Source: a bacterium
GTDB taxonomy: Bacteria > UBA8248
Length of the DNA stretch: 64,000 nucleotides
NCBI GenBank assembly: GCA_965242545.1
Contig: OZ251456.1
Location: 2,618,775-2,682,774, forward strand
Direction: 5' to 3'
Shown here: positions 58,318 through 64,000 of the stretch, piece after piece
Position numbering within the stretch: the first letter of the stretch is position 1
How the letters are laid out: every line of letters begins with the position of its first letter
Translations under genes and position numbers: made by a program
The notes under the pieces: model-generated
Databases searched by the model: none
What the model saw: only the letters and a program-made list of their open reading frames with translations
What the model was told of the DNA's origin: nothing

Positions 58318-58776
58318 ATGTCTCGGACAACCTGGACGGTCTACCTCTCGGGCGAAGTGCACACGGACTGGCGCGAGAGAATCACGGAAGGGGCGGAAAA
58401 GGCGGGCCTCCCGATCATCTTCCTCGCCCCCGTCACGGATCATGACGCCAGCGACGAGTGCGGCGCGTCCATTCTGGGGGAGGAGCCGAATCCCTTCTGG
58501 AAAGACCGCAAGGGCGCGGGCGTCAACGCCGTCAGAACGCGCACCCTCATCGAAAAGGCGGACGTCGTGGTCGTGCGCTTCGGGGAGAAATACAGGCAGT
58601 GGAACGCCGCTTTCGACGCGGGCTACGCGGCGGCGCGGGGAAAAGCCCTCATCATCCTGCACGGGCCGGGACACGCCCACGCGCTCAAGGAGGTGGACGC
58701 GGCCGCCATGGCCGTGGCGGAAGAACCCGAGCAGGTGGTGAGAATCCTGAACTACGCCGTCAACGGGGTTTTATGA
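58318..58776 (+). CDS. YtoQ family protein
   Basis: VYLSGEVHTDWR, FGEKYRQWNAAFDAG, HALKEVDAAA. Confidence 0.9.
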   Translation: MSRTTWTVYLSGEVHTDWRERITEGAEKAGLPIIFLAPVTDHDASDECGASILGEEPNPFWKDRKGAGVNAVRTRTLIEKADVVVVRFGEKYRQWNAAFDAGYAAARGKALIILHGPGHAHALKEVDAAAMAVAEEPEQVVRILNYAVNGVL

Positions 58777-58860
58777 GGGGAGCGGGAAAGCGCGACCGTC
58801 CTTCCGGCTTTCCGCTTTCGTCCGCCGAGCGTTTCGGAGAGCGCGGAGAATTCCAATCTC

Positions 58861-59514
58861 TTAATGGTGGGCGTGCGTCATCGCCACCATGATCGCGCGC
58901 TCGATTTCCAGAATCGCGTTATAGACCTCGCGTCCGATGAGATCCAGCTTGCGGACCTGATCGACGCGGGGGCGGAGCCGGCCGCTCTCCTTGCCGGAAA
59001 ACAGTTCGCGCAGAATGCCGCAGGCGTCGGCGAGGCAGATGATCGCCACGTCTCTCGGATCCGGCACTTCATCCGAGAGCAGCACGCCGGTGATGCGCAG
59101 CTTCACCTCGCGCTCGGCGCGCCCGTCGATCGTCGGGTATCTCCGCGCCCGGAAGACCCACAGGAACTTCTCCTCGTGGGATTCCAAGATGCCGTGCTCA
59201 ACCAGGCCGGAGAGCGACTGGCGGCGGATTTCGGCGGCGTCCTGGGAGATCGTCTCGATCCAGGCCTTCGCGTCCCCGGCTTCGGCGGAGTCCGCGATCT
59301 GCACCAGAATCCGGTCGTGCGCCGGGTGGCCGATCGGATTCCTGTCCAGAACCATGAGCCGCTCGGGGTCGGTGTCGATGCGGTCCGCGAACGCCAGGTC
59401 CATCAGGACGGCACCCGCCAGCGCGTATCCCACCGTGCTTTCCCGAACGGGCAGGAACGTGCCTTTTTCGTCATCAAGCATCAGCAGGAGGATTTCATCG
59501 ACGAATGTCAGCAT
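58861..59514 (-). CDS. GPP34 (GOLPH3/Vps74-like) family protein
   Basis: EILLLMLDDEKG, LAGAVLMDL, LVEHGIL..KFLWVF..RYP. Confidence 0.82.
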   Translation of the reverse strand: MLTFVDEILLLMLDDEKGTFLPVRESTVGYALAGAVLMDLAFADRIDTDPERLMVLDRNPIGHPAHDRILVQIADSAEAGDAKAWIETISQDAAEIRRQSLSGLVEHGILESHEEKFLWVFRARRYPTIDGRAEREVKLRITGVLLSDEVPDPRDVAIICLADACGILRELFSGKESGRLRPRVDQVRKLDLIGREVYNAILEIERAIMVAMTHAHH

Positions 59515-59525
59515 GGGACGCTCCT

Positions 59526-59864
59526 TCAGAAAGCCGCCGCGAGCGCCGCTTCGCGCGTGTCGTGGCAATCAATGATGGTGTGGAAGCCGCCGGTTTCTAT
59601 CACCAGTCTGCAATCGGGCTGAAGCGCGCAGATCATCAGTTTGCCGTCGCTCTGCTGGCATTTCCTGGCGCTCAGGAGAAACGCGCGTAGCCCGGCGCTG
59701 CTGATGTATTTCATCTTCCCGCAGTCAAGCAGCACCCGCGCCTCGCCGCGCTCGACGATCTCCGAAACCCGCTTTTCCAGCTCCGGGGCGGTGAGGCCAT
59801 CGACGTTTCCCTCAATCGAGACGACGACGACGGAACCCGCTTTTTCCTCTCCGATATTCATCAT
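59526..59864 (-). CDS. STAS domain anti-sigma-factor antagonist
   Basis: GNVDGLTAP, YISSAGLR. Confidence 0.9.
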   Translation of the reverse strand: MMNIGEEKAGSVVVVSIEGNVDGLTAPELEKRVSEIVERGEARVLLDCGKMKYISSAGLRAFLLSARKCQQSDGKLMICALQPDCRLVIETGGFHTIIDCHDTREAALAAAF

Positions 59865-60038
59865 ATCGCTATGCTCTCCCGAATGATCGGCGCCATGCAA
59901 CTCTCCCTTCCAATGTAGTCCAACACCCGGGCCGATTGCAACTCCCCTCTCGCTCCCGCCGGGAGCCTCTGGCCAGCCCGCGCGGCGCCGCGCCCTGCAA
60001 TCCCTCATCTCCCGCGCCGTCTCCCTTCTTCGGGGAAT

Positions 60039-61046
60039 TCAATCCCCCCGCTCCCCGACCTCGCAAGCTTCCGGGTTGATGAGCGTGGACGGCTTTTTCC
60101 CCTGAAAGAAATCCAGAACGCACCGCGCCGCGTGGCGCAGGGTGTTGCGAATGGCGTCCTCGCCGCGCCCGCCCAGATGCGGCGTCAGCACGACGTTGTC
60201 GAGCGCGAAAACCGGATGGGCGCAATCGGGCGGCTCCTCGGGAAACACGTCGACGCCCGCCCCCCGGATGACGCCTCCCTCTAGCGCCTCGGCGAGCGCG
60301 TCGAGGTCGAAAACGGGGCCCCGGGAAGTGTTGAACACGAAGGCGTCCGGCTTCATCATGCTCAGAATCTCGCGGTTGATGATGTGCCTCGTCTCCGGCG
60401 TCAGGGGAACGTGGCAGGTGAGGTAGTCCGACTCCCTGGCCAGCTCCTCGAGCCCCACGAACCGCGCGCCCAGCCCGGCCGCCGCCTTCTCGTCCCGCTC
60501 GATGTCGTGGGCGATGACCTTCATCCCGAAAGCGACCGCCCTTTTCGCCACCTGCTTCCCGACGTTTCCGAACCCGAGTATTCCCAGCGTCATTCCGTTC
60601 AGGGGACGCATCGGGGGCTGAATCTCCCGCCAGAGGCCCTTGCGAATCCCGGCGTCCAGCCAGCCGATGCGCCGGCACGCGCCGAGCATCAGGCCGAAGA
60701 GATGCTCCGCCACCGATTCGGAATTCCGCCCCGCCGCGTTCGCGACGAGAATCCCCCTTTCCGTGGCCGCCGGAACGTCGATGTTGTTCACGCCCACGCC
60801 CGCGCGCGCGATGATGCGCACGTCCGGCGCGCTCTCCATGACCTTTCGGGTGTAAGGCTCGGCGCCGGCGATCACCGCGCCGACGCCCGGCAGGCTGGCG
60901 ATCACGTCCTCCTCGGGCATGTGGCCGCGGCACTCGTCCAGACGCACCTCCAGCCCCTCGTCCGTCAGAGGCCGGAACATTTCCATGGGATCCTCGAAAT
61001 TCAGTATGAACGGGGTTCCCACCCAGACCACGCGCTTCGCCGTCAT
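60039..61046 (-). CDS. D-2-hydroxyacid dehydrogenase (SerA-like)
   Basis: GILGFGNVG, NTSRG, DVFPEEP, TPHLGG. Confidence 0.92.
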   Translation of the reverse strand: MTAKRVVWVGTPFILNFEDPMEMFRPLTDEGLEVRLDECRGHMPEEDVIASLPGVGAVIAGAEPYTRKVMESAPDVRIIARAGVGVNNIDVPAATERGILVANAAGRNSESVAEHLFGLMLGACRRIGWLDAGIRKGLWREIQPPMRPLNGMTLGILGFGNVGKQVAKRAVAFGMKVIAHDIERDEKAAAGLGARFVGLEELARESDYLTCHVPLTPETRHIINREILSMMKPDAFVFNTSRGPVFDLDALAEALEGGVIRGAGVDVFPEEPPDCAHPVFALDNVVLTPHLGGRGEDAIRNTLRHAARCVLDFFQGKKPSTLINPEACEVGERGD

Positions 61047-61365
61047 CCGCTCCTCTCCCGCGACTCTTCGCCCGGCGTTCCGGCCCGCTCATTGCGACCG
61101 GCCATCGAGTTTCCCGTCGATAAAGGCCCGGGCGCCATCGCAGCGCCGGTTGGCGTTTCCCGTCGCAGGAAACCGCCGGACGCCGCAGCCCGGCGCGTCG
61201 GGCTGCTCTTTTGAATGATGCCAAACAATTCGGGGACCTCCGACGCCCTCCGACAATTCGCAAAACGGCTTCACGCAATCCTCCCCGCCGAAGAACTTGA
61301 CGGGTTCCGCGCTTCCGGCCGGCAGCTTCCGAAAATCGCTCCACCGATCTTCCCGGACGCCCGCG

Positions 61366-62133
61366 CTATTCGCCGCGCCATTCGGGCTTTCTCTTCTCCC
61401 GGAAGGCCCGGACGCCCTCTCTGGAGTCCGCCGTGTGGAGGATGCGGTTCGCAACGTCGCGCGACATATGCACCCTGTCCCGATAGCCCAGGCTCTCCCC
61501 CCGCCGCGCCGCCTCCTTGATGGCGCGAACCGCCAGGGGCGCCGACTCCAGAATCTCGGCGGCGCAGCGCTCCGCCGTCGGCAGCAGATCCTCATGCGCC
61601 ACCACCTCATTGGCGATTCCCAGACGAAGGCACTCTTCGGCGGGAATGAACTTGCCGCGCATGAGATAGCTCATCGCCTGCGGCCAGGGAATCGAATGCG
61701 CGCACATGGCGGGCCCGCTGACGGAGGAGATGCCCCGCTTCACCTGGGGCCAGCCGAGGGAGGCGCGCTCCGAGAAAATCAGGATGTCCGAGTTCAGCGC
61801 GAAGCCCGCGCCCTGGGCGAGGCAGGGGCCGTTGATCGCGCAGATGATCGGCTTGTAGAGATGGCGGAGATACAGGTAGAGCTCGTCGTTCGACATCACG
61901 CGCCCGTCGTCTTCGGGCGCCTTCTCCAGAATGTCCTTGCCCGAGCAGAAAACGTCGCCCGCCGCGGTGATGATGGCCGCCCAGACGTCCGGATTGCGCT
62001 TGATGTCCGCGTAGGCGTCCTGCACTTCCTTGCGCATGGCGTAGTTGATGGCGTTTTTCTTCTCCGGCCGGTTCAGGGTGAGGTAGGCGACGCGGCCCCT
62101 CACCTCGTACACGGTCGCCTCCCGGTTCGTCAT
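61366..62133 (-). CDS. Enoyl-CoA hydratase/isomerase family protein
   Basis: TLNRPEKKNAI, FCSGKD, KPIICAING, REGVRAFREKRKP. Confidence 0.92.
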   Translation of the reverse strand: MTNREATVYEVRGRVAYLTLNRPEKKNAINYAMRKEVQDAYADIKRNPDVWAAIITAAGDVFCSGKDILEKAPEDDGRVMSNDELYLYLRHLYKPIICAINGPCLAQGAGFALNSDILIFSERASLGWPQVKRGISSVSGPAMCAHSIPWPQAMSYLMRGKFIPAEECLRLGIANEVVAHEDLLPTAERCAAEILESAPLAVRAIKEAARRGESLGYRDRVHMSRDVANRILHTADSREGVRAFREKRKPEWRGE

Positions 62134-62313
62134 TGGCGGGCTCCCTCCTCTGGCGGGACGGGACGCGGCGCCCCGTGAATTCCGCGAAAGATCGACGGGA
62201 CGCATTGTAGCGAAAACCGACGGGCCGCGCCTCTCCGGGGGCGCGAATTTCCCCGGCGCCCGAAACTATGAGAAACTCGGCCATTGAAGCTCGCCGACGG
62301 AGGGAGAAGCAGC

Positions 62314-63969
62314 GTGCGCGTGGTTGACCTGATCGCCGGAATCCTCAAGCGCGAAGGCGTAAAATACCTCAACTGCTATCCCACCACCGTCCTGATTGAG
62401 GCGGCCGCGAGCATCGGGATTCGGCCCATCGTCTGCCGCCAGGAGCGGGTGGGGGTGGGAATCGCCGACGGCTACGCCCGCGTCACCAACGGCGCCGCGC
62501 CCTCCGTTTTCGCCATGCAATACGGGCCGGGAGCGGAAAACGCCTTCCCGGGCGTCTCCACTGCCTTTTCCGACTCCACGCCCGTTCTGCTGCTCCCCCT
62601 CGGCCACGCCAGATCGCGCGACCGCGTATTCCCGATGTTCAGCTCCGTTCGCGCCTACGCCTCCGTCACCAAATCGACGGAGCAGATCAACGTGCCGGAG
62701 CGCGCGGCGGACGCCATGCGCCGCGCCTTCAGCGCGCTCAGGAACGGACGCCCGGGGCCCGCGCTCGTCGAGCTGCCCGCGGACGTAGCGAACGCGGACG
62801 TGAGCGAGGACCTGCTCCGCGACTACGCGCCGGTGCGGCGAACGCGCGCCCAGGCGGACCCGCGGGAGGTCGAGCGCGCCGCCCGCGCGCTGCTGGAGGC
62901 GAAGCGCCCGGTGATTCTGGCGGGCGCGGGCGTTCTCTACGCACGGGCCACGGACGAACTGCGGGCGCTGGCGGAGCTTCTTCAGATTCCCGTGATGACC
63001 ACCATGGAAGGCAAAAGCGCGATCTCCGAGAAAAATCACCCCTTGGCGCTCGGCGTCGGTTCGAGCGTCATGGCCGGCCCCGCCTACCATTTTCTCAAGG
63101 ACGCGGACGTTCTCTTCGCCGTCGGTTCAAGCCTCACCAGTCACGGACTCGCCGCCCCCGTCCCCGCCGGAAAGAAGATACTCCAGGCGACGAACGACCC
63201 GGTCGATCTCCACAAGAATCACCCCGTGGAGCATCCCCTGCTCGGGGACGCGAAGCTCGTCCTGCGCCAGTTCATCGACTGCTGCGCCGAACGCATCAGG
63301 GGAGCGGACAGATCGGAGCGCGAGGGGGTGAAAGCGCGGGTGGAGCGGGCGCGAAAGGCCTGGCTCGACGAATGGGCGCCGAAACTCGCCTCCGGCGAGA
63401 CGCCCATCAACCCCTACCGCGTGATTCGGGAGCTGATGCGAAGCGTGCCCGCGTCCGAGGCCATCGTCACCCACGACTCGGGAAATCCGCGATACGAGGT
63501 TCTGCCCTTCTATCAGTCGGACGGGCCGAGATCCTACCTGGGCTGGGGAAAATCCCATCAGCTCGGCACCGGACTCGGCCTCGCCATGGGCGCGAAGCTG
63601 GCGGCGCCCGACAAGTTCTGCGTCAACTTCATGGGCGACGCGGCGTTCGGCATGACGGGACTGGACTTTGAGACGGCCGTAAGAGAAAACCTGCCCATCT
63701 GCACGGCGGTGCTCAAAAACTCCACAATGGCGGTGGAGAAGATCCACATGGCGATCTCCCACGAAAAATACGGCACGCGCGACATGGGCGGCGAATACGC
63801 CGAAATCGCCAGGGCGCTGGGCGGATGGGCGAAGCGCGTGGAGGATCCGGAAGAGGTCGGCGCCGCTTTCCTGGAGGCGAGGCGCAAGACGCGGGAGGGC
63901 CGGCCTGCCCTGCTCGAATTCATCACGAGCGAAGAGATGGGATACTCCCACCCCAATCCGTTCGGCTGA
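62314..63969 (+). CDS. Thiamine-pyrophosphate-requiring enzyme (acetolactate synthase-like)
   Basis: RQER..ADGYAR, GRPGP, TPP motif MGDAAFGM..N; probable GTG start. Confidence 0.92.
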   Translation: MRVVDLIAGILKREGVKYLNCYPTTVLIEAAASIGIRPIVCRQERVGVGIADGYARVTNGAAPSVFAMQYGPGAENAFPGVSTAFSDSTPVLLLPLGHARSRDRVFPMFSSVRAYASVTKSTEQINVPERAADAMRRAFSALRNGRPGPALVELPADVANADVSEDLLRDYAPVRRTRAQADPREVERAARALLEAKRPVILAGAGVLYARATDELRALAELLQIPVMTTMEGKSAISEKNHPLALGVGSSVMAGPAYHFLKDADVLFAVGSSLTSHGLAAPVPAGKKILQATNDPVDLHKNHPVEHPLLGDAKLVLRQFIDCCAERIRGADRSEREGVKARVERARKAWLDEWAPKLASGETPINPYRVIRELMRSVPASEAIVTHDSGNPRYEVLPFYQSDGPRSYLGWGKSHQLGTGLGLAMGAKLAAPDKFCVNFMGDAAFGMTGLDFETAVRENLPICTAVLKNSTMAVEKIHMAISHEKYGTRDMGGEYAEIARALGGWAKRVEDPEEVGAAFLEARRKTREGRPALLEFITSEEMGYSHPNPFG

Positions 63970-64000
63970 TCCCGCCGCGCCTCGGGCTAAACTTCGAGGA

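Overview
GC-rich bacterial chromosome segment. Housekeeping genes: serS, three tRNA-Ser genes, the ffs-dnaX-ybaB-recR cluster, a cyclophilin and a phosphofructokinase. Catabolism/transport genes: two tripartite tricarboxylate transporters, a TauABC/SsuABC-type ABC transporter, M20 peptidases, AtuA/DUF4387, MBL-fold hydrolases and others. These are interleaved with many defence-type cassettes, several of lower GC. Main observations: (1) a compact type II-C CRISPR module (catalytically intact-looking Cas9, tracrRNA, two repeats and one spacer, no cas1/cas2) bracketed by a ~110-bp direct repeat of the 3' end of the neighbouring M20 peptidase gene; (2) two adjacent probable selenoprotein genes that the ORF track breaks at an in-frame TGA, an OsmC-like protein and a DUF442/PTP-like protein with H-U-x4-R at the catalytic position, each TGA followed by a SECIS-like hairpin; (3) a defence hotspot between serS and tRNA-Ser(TGA), with no integrase visible, whose junctions are copies of the tRNA promoter; (4) a small transcription unit carrying a 14-nt complement of the 16S rRNA 3' end, a 12-codon ORF and a terminator. 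All calls come from reading motifs by eye; no database search was run.
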